NCBI GenBank assembly: GCA_963575745.1
Contig: CAUYUJ010000184.1
Coordinates: forward strand, 1-64,000
Reading direction: 5' to 3'
Origin: Prorocentrum cordatum
Taxonomy: Eukaryota
Length of the DNA: 64,000 nucleotides
Shown: positions 30,330 to 40,783 of the stretch, piece after piece
How positions within the stretch are numbered: the first letter of the stretch is position 1
Layout: each line of letters starts with the position of its first letter
Made by a program: the position numbers and the translations under genes
Notes under the pieces: model-generated
Databases searched by the model: none
What the model was told of the DNA's origin: nothing
Seen by the model: only the letters and a program-made list of their open reading frames with translations

Positions 30330-31392
30330 CTTCCGCCTCCGACGGCGGCTTCTCTTCACTTGGCGTGCCTAGTCAAGAGTTGGCAGTCGCGTCAGCCTGA
30401 GGGTCCACGCCCTTGCCGATGCTCTGGCCTTTCTGCTTCTGGATCCCGGCCATGAACTTAGCCTTCGGCAACTTCTTGGCTTCCTCGGTGGTTCTCTTCT
30501 CGGGGGCCCTCCAACGTGGTGGTGAAAACACCCGGTGGTGAGTCAGGAGGGGAAAAAACACACAGACACAATTAATCGTCGATTCCCCAGAAAATATAGG
30601 AAAATATGGGAAGTGGGGGGGAAGACAGAAAATATCTTTATTTGTGTGTATTTATTTGTGTGTCCTGGGGCCCCTTCAGTGAGCCTGGGGCGATTTGGTG
30701 TCACCACTTTGGTTTTGGGACGCGGGCGGTGTTCCGAGGCTGTCTCGAGCGCCGGTGGGTCCAGGAGTCGCGACACTCGGTGGTGACCCCTCCCCCAAAC
30801 CTGGAAATCACGTTTTGGAGATTTCGGGGCCGGAAAAGAGGGGGGTGATGACTAGGGGGGGTGGACATCATGGCGGGGGCCATGATATTTCCCCAGACTT
30901 TATGGCGCCTCTTCTTATTTCATTACCTCCCTGGCCCCCCCGCTGGGCCGCGCACATGCCGCCAGTCATGATTTGCACCCCCCCCTCTTGGACACCCCCC
31001 TCTTGGCCGCTCCCGAAGATTCTGGGTCACCACCAGGTGTCTCACCACCTGGTTTGGGGACTACCAATCTTCTCCTTCTCATCCTCAGCAGCCTTGACCT
31101 CGGCAGACAGGGCCGCGGGCAGCTCGGCGTGAGCGCCGCTGGCGGCGGCGCCCGGGGAGCCCCCTCCCGCCGCCCATGACTGCCGTGAGTGTCCCTCGCT
31201 GCCGCGTGCCACTGCCTGGGCATCCGCGCCGCGCCTCTTGATTCTTGGCCAGCCGCTTCTCGACGTCGCGCCCGACGGACTCCACCTGCTCGAGCCACGC
31301 CTTCACCTCGGCCTCCCGCGAGGCCACGGGGCCCTGCGCGGCCTCAAGATTGCTCCCGAGGCCTCTCGGCGCCTGCTCCTCGCACTCCACGC

Positions 31393-31429
<37 letters not shown>

Positions 31430-32300
31430 ATCTATCTATCTATCTGCTCGAAGAGCTCCTCGTCCCAGCCTGGCGTGCGCGACAGCCCGGGCAGCCGCCC
31501 TGCGGGCGATGGCCGCGTCGACGACCGCGCGCGCAGCCTTCGCCTCCTCTTCGGCCAGCAGCAGCTGCTTGCGTAGCCGAACCACATGTGAAACCTGTTG
31601 GCCACGGCGGTGCTCCGCATCTTTGCAAACGCCTCCAGCACGACGAAGCGCTTCGACGAGGGACGGCTCGTTCTTGGACTTCGGGCTCTCCGCCCTGACC
31701 TTGGCCACCTGCTGCCGCAGGCAGCCTCTGAGCTCCTGGTCCTGCGTGTCCTTGAGAGCCTGCTGCATCAGGGCGGCAACGCCAGAGCCCGCACCGCTCT
31801 GACCGTTCTTGGCGTCGTCGCGGCCCCGGCCATCCCTCCTGCGGGTCCGTCTGGGGACCTCCAGCTGCCCCTCGTCGCCGCTCGCCAGGTCGAAGCTGAC
31901 TGATCGCCCCCTCGATATCGAGCGACCTTTTATACAGAGGTACACGAGAACCACATCCACATTCTGTTCTCAGGAGGGGAAACACACACACAGACACCAT
32001 GAATCGCCGATTCTCAGGAAAATATGGGAAACTATTGGAAACTGGGGGGAGACAAAAACCAAGAAAAGATAGGAAATGTTGGAATCCTGTTATTTGTGTG
32101 TATTGATTTGTGTGTGTCCCAGGGCCCCTCCAATTACACTCGCGGGCCTCGACCTCTGGGCGCCGACGTGCCTCGTGCCGCTGCTTCGCAGATTCTCCGC
32201 CGCTTCCGTCAAGACTGAGCGCAACATGCGTGCCGTGCGTGTGGCGCTCTCGAGTGCCCCGCTGAGGCACGGGAGGCCAGAAAGCTCGACCCCCACTGCT
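30330..32300 (-). pseudogene. Probable ORF1 (coiled-coil, Ala/Glu/Lys-rich) of the same decayed LINE, broken by insertions
   Basis: ORFs 31436..31960(-) and 31085..31390(-) read as helical charged protein joined across a (TA)n tract. They lie immediately upstream of the APE segment on the same strand. Confidence 0.5.
30505..31062. mobile_element. TIR element containing two nested MITEs (30544-30678 and 30831-31010)
   Basis: GGTGGTGAAAACACCCGGTGGTGA (~30518) vs TCACCACCAGGTGTCTCACCACC (~31028). The inner MITE has AAGAGGGGGGTG...GGGGGGGTG..ATCATG ends in inverted orientation. Confidence 0.6.
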
Positions 32301-32631
32301 CAAGGGACGGGGAGGAGCAGGGGCAGGAGGGGGAGGAGGAGGAGGAGGAGGAGGACCGAGGAGGATCGAGGAGGACCGAGGAGGACAGGAGGAGGCGGAG
32401 GAGGAGGAGGAGGAGGAGGAGGAGGAGGATCGGGATGAGGAGAAGGAGGAGGAGGGAACAGGGAGGGGGCGGCGGGGCGTGGACTTCTTGCCTGGTTAGC
32501 CTACTGGGCTCCCCCCCCGTCGGAGGTGCAGCCCGGGGCGGCGATCCGCGTGGGGAGCATCTGGGAGTGCGCCCGCCGCCGCGCCGCCGCCGCGCCACGT
32601 CCCGGGGCGCCCGGCGACAACGACGACGATC

Positions 32632-32689
<58 letters not shown>

Positions 32690-33379
32690 ACGACGAACGA
32701 CGAACGACGAACGACGAGCGAGGAGGAGGGATTGAGGGGGGGGCCTCGCGCACCCCATCCGTCGCGCTCGTCGTCATTGCTGTCGTCGCTTTTTTTTTGT
32801 TCCTTCTTCTTCTTCTTCTCCTCCTCCTTCTGCTTCTCCTCCTCCCCTCCTCCTCCTCCTCCTCCTCCTCCTCCTCCTCCTCCCCCTCCTCCTCCTCCTC
32901 CCCCTCCTCCTCCTCCTCCTCCTCCTCCTCCTCCTCCTCCTCCTCCTCCCCGCGCGCTCCCGCGCGTGACCTCCTCCTTCTCATTATCCAGGGCAGAGGA
33001 GGAGTAGCACCCCACCTGCCCATCCCCACCACTCCTCCTCGTTCTCGTCTTCAACTTCCTCATCCTTGCTCCTCATCGTCCTCCTCCCCACCCTCATCTG
33101 GCGTCTCTTCATTCTCTTCCGTCCGTGCACACTTGGAGCTCGATTCTGTACAGGATTGTCCGTGCACGAGTGTGGACTTCCCCCAATTCCGCGATGGGTC
33201 TTACCCTTCACCGTGCCACAAGTGTGCATTCCATGCATGTTTCCAGTTCAACTAGTGCGCGCTTGTGCGCACAAGCCAACTGTCTTCGAACAAGTCCTTA
33301 TTTCCTTCTCCCCCTCCCTCCCCTTCCACCGCCCATCCCTCCCCCTTTCTGCCTTGGCTAGGGGTTACTATGGTTTTTA

Positions 33380-34908
33380 CCTAACAGCGTAGACTGATAG
33401 GTTTCTAGTAGTGTCAAAAGAGGTCACAGATCACTCCACAGGGGGGTCCGGGCAGGTGTTGGGAGTTGCCGGGCGGGCCTGTGCCGAACTCGTTTTTCAC
33501 CAACAGTCACACACTTCGTGCTCTTCGACTTCCCAGAACTCCATTCCCAGGCTCATTCTGAATAACCGGATGCAACAGTCACACACTTCGTGCTCTTCGA
33601 GATCCCAGAACGCCATTCCCGGGCCACATTTAGAATAACCGGATGCAACAGTCACACACTTCGTGCTCTTCGAGTTCCCAGAACGCCATTCCCGGGCCAC
33701 ATTTAGAATAACCGGATGCAACAGTCACACACTTCGTGCTCTTCGAGTTCCCAGAATTCCATTCCCGGGCCACATTTTGGATGCCCGGAGCCAACTGTAG
33801 GCCACTTCCTGGTCTTCGAGTTCCCAGAACTCCATTCCCGGGCCACATTTTGAATGCCCGGAGCCAACTGTAGGCCACTTCGTGCTCTTCGAGTTCCCAG
33901 AACTCCATTCCCGGGCCACATTTTGAATGCCCGTAGCCAACTGTAGGCAACTTCGTGCTCTTCGACTTCCCAGAACTCCCATTCCTGGGCCACATTTTCA
34001 GCAGGGGCAAGAGCACGACGAGGAGGAGGACGAGCAAGACCAGGAGGACGAGGACGAGCAGGAGCAGGACGAGGAGCAGGAGGAGCAGGAGAAGAAGGAC
34101 GAGCAGGAGGAGGAGGAGGACGAGCAGGAGGAGGAGGACGACCAGGAGGAGGAGGACGACCAGGAAGAGAGGAGGAGGAGGAGGAGGGGAGGGGGAGGAG
34201 TACCAGGAGGAGGAGGAGGAGGAGGAGGAGGAGGAGGAAGAGGAGGAGGAGGAGGAGGAGGAGGCGAGGACGAGGAGGAGGAGGAGGAGGGGGGGGGAGA
34301 GTACCAGGAGGAGGAGAACGAGGACCAGGCGGAGGAGGAGGAGGAGGCCGGAGGGAGGAGAGAACACCAGGAGGAGGAGGACGAGCAAGACGAGGAGGAC
34401 GAGAACGAGACGACCAGGAAGAGGAGGAAGGAGGAGGAGGAGGGGAGGGGGAGGACTACCAGAGGAGGAGGAGGAGGAGGAGGAGGAGGAGGAAGAGGAG
34501 CAGGAGGGAGAAGGGGACGAGAGTAGGAGGGGGGGTAGAGCACCAGGAGGAGGAGGAGGACCACCAGGAGGAGGAGGCGGAGGAGGATGAGGAGGAGGAG
34601 GAGGAGGAGGAGGAGGAGGAGGAGGAGGAGGAGAGAGCAGGAGGAGAGAGCAGAGAGGGACGAGAACGAGGATGAGCAGGAGGAAGAAGTAGGAGGAGGA
34701 GCAGGAGCAGGAGAAAGAGGAGGAGGAGGAGGAGGCAGGCTGAGGCTGAGGCTGTGACTGCGACTGCCGTTGCCGCTGCGACTGTCATCGCGAATGCGAC
34801 TACGACTGCGAGAACAGCAGAATTCGACAACTGGATTTTCATCTGAATCTTAAGGGGAATGCTTTCAGATATGCTTCTACACATCGCTGTTAGGTTGCTT
34901 TGCCGGGA
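33380..34908 (+). mobile_element. Non-autonomous element with asymmetric IRs, TA on both flanks, 72/73-bp minisatellite and (GGA)n cargo, copy 1
   Basis: ACCTAACAGCG (33379-33389) / CGCTGTTAGGT (34885-34895), followed by TGCTTTGCCGGGA-TA. Both ends are homologous to 36052-38296. Confidence 0.8.
33501..33998. repeat. 72/73-bp tandem minisatellite, ~7 units
   Basis: CACTTCGTGCTCTTCGAGTTCCCAGAACTCCATTCCCGGGCCACATTTTG... repeated head-to-tail. Confidence 0.95.
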
Positions 34909-35557
34909 TAGTTGCCCGTGGGCGCTTTCGGTCCTGAAGACGCGGCATCCGATCTCTCCTTGCAGACATCTGCCGAAATTGGGACCGCAGAGGGGGTAGT
35001 AGGAGGGGCCCGCCTGTATTCAAAGATTGCAGAGCGGAGTAGGAGACAACTGTCTTTAGCCCAGGCGGCTGGTGGGATTTCCTCCGCAATTGGCCCCAGA
35101 CAGCTTCAAAGTCTCCCACGACCCCCCCCCCCCAACCCTGGACCTGACCGTGGCCTCCTCAAGGGTGCGCGGGCCTTTTTTTGAAGATGGGGACGACAGG
35201 ACGAAGAGGGAGACAGATGAAGAGCCGGCTGAGAGAGGTGAAGAAGAGAATGAGGACAAGGAGGAAGGCGACAAGGAGGTGGACGAGAACAGCGGCGACA
35301 TGGTACGCTGAACAGGGGACGACGATGGGCACAGCGATGAGGGGACGACAGAGGTCTAGGACTACGAGAAGGCGGAGGAAGAGAGGCTGGGGGATTGTGC
35401 GCTCCCTCTGTGTCCCAGAGGCATGTTTCACTCTCGTCGCTTCTCTCACTCATTGTCCCTATCTTTCTCGCTCTCTCTCTCTCTCTCTCTCTCTTTCACT
35501 TCACTTTCGTAAGCTGCGTCTGCTATTTCCCTGCCAGCTCCTTCAAACTTGTTGTTG

Positions 35558-36050
35558 AATTGCATTACTTTGCATTGCTTTGCGCCCCCGTTGCCGCCCG
35601 TCGCCGCCTCCCCGTTGCATTGCAATCGCATTGCGATGTAATCGCATTGCGTATTGTGATCGCATTGCATTGTTTTGCAGTGATCTGGATTGTTTCCATC
35701 GCACTATTACATTATTGATCTGATTGCATTGATCAGTTGGCATTGATTTGAATTCCTTCACATTGTGTTGCGTTGCTTTTCGTTGCTTCTCATCGTGTTG
35801 CATTACTTTGCGTTGGTTCGCGTTGCTTTGCTTTGATGTGCGTTGGTGTGCGTTGCTTTGCGTTGCTTGGAGTGCTTGGCACTGCTTTGCATCGCTTTGC
35901 ATTGCGTTGCATTGGTTTTCATTCACTTACATTGCTTTGCGTTGCATTGTGTTGTATTGCTTTGCATTGCGTTGAATCTCCGTGCATTGCGTGACATTAC
36001 GGTGCGTTCCTTTGCATTGTTTTGCATGCTTCGCATCGTTTTGCATTGTT
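35558..36050. repeat. Degenerate pentamer satellite (TTGCA/TTGCG)n, resuming at ~38299-38380
   Basis: Directly visible; interrupted by the 36052-38296 element. Confidence 0.85.
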
Positions 36051-36051
36051 A

Positions 36052-38296
36052 CCTAACATCGAAGACTGATAGGTTTCTAATAGGGTAAAAAGAGAGCAGC
36101 ACATTACTTCAACATTACTTCAACATTACTCCACAGGGGGGTCTGGGCAGCCGTTGGGGGCAGTTGGGTGGCAGTTGGGGGGCCGTTGGGGTTTGCCGGG
36201 GGGGATCGTTTTTCGCATACAGTCACACACTTCGTGCTTTTCGATTTCCCAGAACTCCATTCCCGGGCCACATTTTGGATGCCCGGAGCCAACTGTAGGC
36301 CACTTCGTGCTCTTCGATTTCCCAGAACTCCATTCCCGGGCCACATTTTGGTGCCCGGAGCCAACTGTAGGCCACTTCGTGCTCTTCGATTTCCCAGAAC
36401 TCCATTCCCGGGCCACATTTTGGATGCCCGGAGCCAACTGTAGGCCACTTCGTGCTCTTCGAGTTCCCAGAACTCCATTCCCGGGCCACATTTTGGATGC
36501 CCGGAGCCAACTGTAGGCCACTTCGTGTTCTTCGAGTTCCCAGAACTCCACTCCCGGGCCACATTTGAATGCCCCGAGCCAACTGTAGGCCACTTCGTGA
36601 TCTTCGAGTTCCCAAAATTCCATTCCTGGGCATGATTTTGAATGCCCGGAGCCAACTGTAGGCCACTTCGTGTTCTTCGAGTTCCCAGAATTCCATTCCC
36701 GGGCCACATTTTGAATGCTGAGGCAGGCTGAGGCTGAGGCTGAGGCAGGCTGAGGCTGAGGCAGGCTGAGGCTGAGGCCGAGGCTGAAGGCAGACTGAGG
36801 CTGAGGCTGAAGCAGGCTGAGGCCGAGGCTGAGGCTGAGGCAGGCTGAGGCTGAGGCTGAGGCAGGCTGATGCTGAGGCAGGCTGAGGCTGAGCTGAGGC
36901 TGATGCAGGCTGAGGCTGAGGCAGGCTGAGGCTGAGGCCGAGGCTGAAGGCAGACTGAGGCTGAGGCTGAAGCAGGCTGAGGCTGAGGCTGAGGCTGAGG
37001 CAGGCTGAGGCTGAGGCTGAGACTGGGGGATGCTGAGGCAGGCTGAGGCTGAGGCTGAGGCTGAGGCTGATGCGGGCTGAGGCTGAGGCAGGCTGAGGCT
37101 GAGGCCGAGGCTGAAGGCAGATTGAGGCTGAGGCTGAAGCAGGCTGAGGCTGAGGCAGAGGCAGGCTGAGGCTGAGGCTGAGGCTGGCTGATGCTGAGGC
37201 TGGCTGATGCTGAGGCAGGCTGAGGCTGAGGCTGAGGCTGATGCAGGCTGAGGCTGAGGCAGGCTGAGGCTGAGGCCGAGGCTGAAGGCAGACTGAGGCT
37301 GAGGCTGAAGCAGGCTGAGGCTGAGGCTGAGGCAGGCTGAGGCTGAGTCTGAGGCAGGCTGAGGCTGAGGCAGGCTGAGGCTGAGGCTGAGGCTGAGGCA
37401 GGCTGAGGCTGAGGCAGGCTGAGGCTGAGGCCGAGGCTTAAGGCAGACTGAGGCTGAGGCTGAAGCAGGCTGAGGCTGAGGCAGAGGCAGGCTGAGGCTG
37501 AGGCAGGCTGATGCTGAGGCAGGCTGAGGCTGAGGCTGAGGCTGATGCAGGCTGAGGCTGAGGCAGGCTGAGGCTGAGGCCGAGGCTGAAGGCAGACTGA
37601 GGCGGAGGCTGAAGCAGGCTGAGGCTGAGGCTGAGGCAGGCTGAGGCTGAGGCTGAGGCAGGCTGATGCTGAGGCAGGCTGAGGCTGAGGCTGAGGCTGA
37701 TGCAGGCTGAGGCTGAGGCAGGCTGAGGCTGAGGCCGAGGCTGAAGCCAGGCTGAGGCTGAGGCTGAAGCAGGCTGAGGCTGAGGCTGAGGCAGGCTGAG
37801 GCTGAGGCTGAAGCAGGCTGAGGCTGAGGCTGAGGCAGGCTGAGGCTGAGGCTGAGGTAGGCTGAGGCTGAGGCCGAGGGTGCAGGCAGACTGAGGCTGA
37901 GGCTGCAGCAGGCTGAGGCTGAGGCTGAGGCAGGCTGAGGCTGAGGCTGAGGCTGAGGCAGGCTGATGCTGAGGCAGGCTGAGGCTGAGGCTGAGGCTGA
38001 TGCAGGCTGAGGCTGAGGCAGGCTGAGGCTGAGGCCGAGGCTGAAGGCAGACTGTTGCTGAGGCTGAAGCAGGCTGAGGCTGAGGCTGAGGCAGGCTGAG
38101 GCTGAGGCAGGCTGAGGCTGAGGCAGGCTGAGGCTGAGGCTGTGACTGCGACTGCCGTTGCCGCTGCGACTGTCCTCGCGAATGCGACAACGACTGCGAG
38201 AACAGCAGAATTCTACAACTGGATTCTCATCCGAATCTTAAGGGGAATGCTTCCAGATATGCTCCTACACATCGATGTTAGGTTGCTTTGCCGGGA
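36052..38296 (+). mobile_element. Same family as 33380-34908, copy 2, with (GGCTGA)n cargo
   Basis: ACCTAACATCGA (36051-36062) / TCGATGTTAGGT (38272-38283) + TGCTTTGCCGGGA-TA. It contains the 72/73-bp array at 36219-36716 and is inserted in the pentamer satellite. Confidence 0.8.
36717..38141. repeat. (GGCTGA)n/(GGCA) satellite with higher-order periodicity
   Basis: Directly visible; recurring GAGGCCGAGGCTGAAGGCAGACT landmark. Confidence 0.95.
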
Positions 38297-38529
38297 TAAT
38301 TCTGCTTTGCGTTGCTTTTGACATGCTTCGCATTGCTTAGCTTTGCCTCGCATTGCTTTGCTGTGCTGTACTCTGCGCCACATAGATATCACCACGTAGA
38401 GGAAAGTAGACTGCACCGCATAGGTTCAAGAAATCACAATTTGGGGTCCGCGCTGACTAACACTGTTTTGTGAAACAGCGGTGGGTGCGACAGCCTGGCT
38501 CAGAGGTGGGTCTCGACCTTGCTCGGTTA

Positions 38530-38910
38530 TCTAATCGCTTCGCTCATTCCGCCGGCCCTCGAGCGCTCTATGGGGCCTCTTTGGGGCCTCTTAGGGGCCT
38601 CTTGGGGGCCTCTTGGGGGTCTCTTGGGGCTCCTTGGCGGCGTCTTGGGGCCCCCTTGGGCCTCTTGGGGGGCGCTTGGGGGCCTCTCGGGGAGGGGTAG
38701 TCGAGTGCACCCCCCTCGGAGGCCACGATCCTCGTGAGGGGTGTCGAAAAAAGGCCCTCAAAACCATCTCTGGGTAGACTTGGTCGGGCTGCGCTCGGGA
38801 TACTTTTCGCCGGGGGACCCCCAGGGGCCGCCCCGCGCGCGCAAGCTAGAAATATTGTTAACCAGTAGCCGGAGATCTTAGCACGCCTTTGGCCCGTTGG
38901 GCCGGCGAAT
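38530..38910. mobile_element. Asymmetric-IR element, CTTGGGGC-rich interior, copy B
   Basis: CGCCGGCCC (38550-38558) / GGGCCGGCG (38899-38907). The right end CACGCC...GGCGAAT parallels CACGCC...GGCGGAT at ~47794-47822. Confidence 0.55.
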
Positions 38911-39063
38911 TTGGTCTTGGCTTCTGTCTTGTTCGGGTTCCTCTCGTTTGTTGATTTGGCTCCCTTGTCCTTCCTCGGTCCTCCGTCGTGTGTCTTGCCT
39001 TCTTTTCCCGTGCTCCCCAACATTGTTTCTCAAGTTTTTTGTTGTTCCTCGGGTTCCCCAGTA

Positions 39064-39790
39064 TTGCCAAGCATTGCCAAGCAACGCCAGCCTTTTACCA
39101 AGCCGAGGGGACCCGCGTTAAATCAATGTCACACAGCGCCAGACAACGCCAAGCAACGCCAAGCAAGGCCAAGCAACGCCAAGCAGTGTCAAGCAATGCC
39201 AAGCGGTGTAAAGCTACGCGATCACCAGCAGCGCAATGCCGAGCAGCGCGAAGCAGCGCCAATCAGTGTCAAGCAATGCCTGGCAGAGCCCAGCAATGCC
39301 AAGCAATACCACGCATTGCCAGGCAATACCAGGCAGCACTCATACATACCAAGTAGCGCCGCGCACCGTCAAACACTCCCAAGAAATGTCAAGCAATGTC
39401 AAGCAGTGCCAATCAGTGCCAAGCAATGCCAGTCACTGCCAAGCAATGTGATGCAATGCCACGCAATGCCACATGATGCCAAACAATGTCACGCAATGTC
39501 AAACAACGCCAAGTAGCGCCAAGCATCGCCAAACAGTGCCAAGGCATGTACGGTCAAGCACCGCAGCACACTGCAACGCACTGCCACGCGGCGCTAAGCA
39601 CTGTCCAGCGACGTCAAGCAATGTGAAGCAATGGCGGGTAATGGAAAGCGAGGTCAAACAATGTCCATCAAACCGACACAACGGAAGGCATTGCCAAGCA
39701 GCGTCATCCAATGCCACGCAATGCTTAGAAATGCCAGTGCATGCCAAGCAATGCAGCGCCCTGTCAAGCAACGCATTGCCAGACAACACG
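39064..39790. repeat. Degenerate 10-bp satellite (GCAATGCCAA)n
   Basis: Directly visible. Confidence 0.85.
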
Positions 39791-39968
39791 TGAAAAAACA
39801 TGCAGAGCATGCGCGCGCCACACGCATTCACAAACGCACGCGCGAGACGCACGCGAGAACTCCGTGTGAAAGCCTCGCGCGCGCGCGCGCGTCCTGGAAC
39901 ACAGGGGGGAGGCGTAGGAGGAGGAAGAGGATGATGATGAGGAGGAGGAGGAGGAGGAGGATGCGGGG

Positions 39969-40769
39969 GAATAGGAGGAGAATGAGGAGGAGGAAAAGGA
40001 TGAAGAGGAGGAGGAGGAGGGAGGATGAGGGAGGAGGAGGAGGAGGAGGAGAGGGGGAGTAATAGGAGAGTAAGAGGGGAGAGAGCGGAGGAGGAGGAGG
40101 GGGAGGAGGAGTGGAGCAGGAACGGGTGCAAGAAGAGGATGACCACGCCGTGGTTGGAGGCGGCTGTCCTGCCACAAGGCCTGAGGTCTTGCTTCCTTTC
40201 CCTTACTGCCCCTGTCCCCCACACACTAGTTATTGCACTGTGGAGGACTATGTGGTGTTAGCTATGTTGCGCAACTTATGCGGAGCAGGCTTCGTTGTTC
40301 AGCTACGTTGTGTAAGTCATGCGGTGTGAGCTGTGTGGTGTCAGCTGGGTGGCGTGCGATCGGTGGTGTGAGCTGTGTGGCACAAGCTGTAAGGTGTGGC
40401 CCCTGTGGCGTGAGCCGTGCCGTGCACGCTGTGCCCGTGGAGCCGTGCGCAGCGAGCCGTGCTGCGCAGGCTGTGCTGCCCGCCCAGGGCTCGGGGCGCC
40501 CTCGAGCGCCCGCGAGGCCCTCTCGGACGGGCGCGGGGCGCCGCGCGAGGCCCAGGGCGCGGGGGCGCCCGCGGGCGAGCGCCCACGAGGCGCTCCTGCG
40601 GGCGGGCACGCGGGGGCCAGCACGCCGGTTCCTCGTCGGGGCGACCCAGGGCACGGGGCGCGCGCGCGCGCCCACGATGCGCCCACGGGCGGGCCGCGGG
40701 CGCCAGCGCGGAACGTCGTCGGCGGGCCCGTCGACTCGCACGAGGGGCCAGGGGAGTAAGGCTCCCTCG
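39969..40769 (+). repeat. ~800-bp direct repeat, copy 1
   Basis: Near-identical to 43652-44467 apart from the microsatellite part and several 1-nt deletions. Confidence 0.95.
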
Positions 40770-40783
40770 ACGCGATCGCCATA

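Noticed and set aside
33501..36716. 72/73-bp arrays as CRISPR
   Set aside because: The units are repeated end to end with no unique spacers and no cas genes. They are minisatellites inside a mobile element, and their ORFs are repeat artefacts.
36717..38141. (GGCTGA)n as interstitial telomere
   Set aside because: It is not a TTTAGGG/TTAGGG-type motif and is enclosed within an element whose sibling has only a few units.
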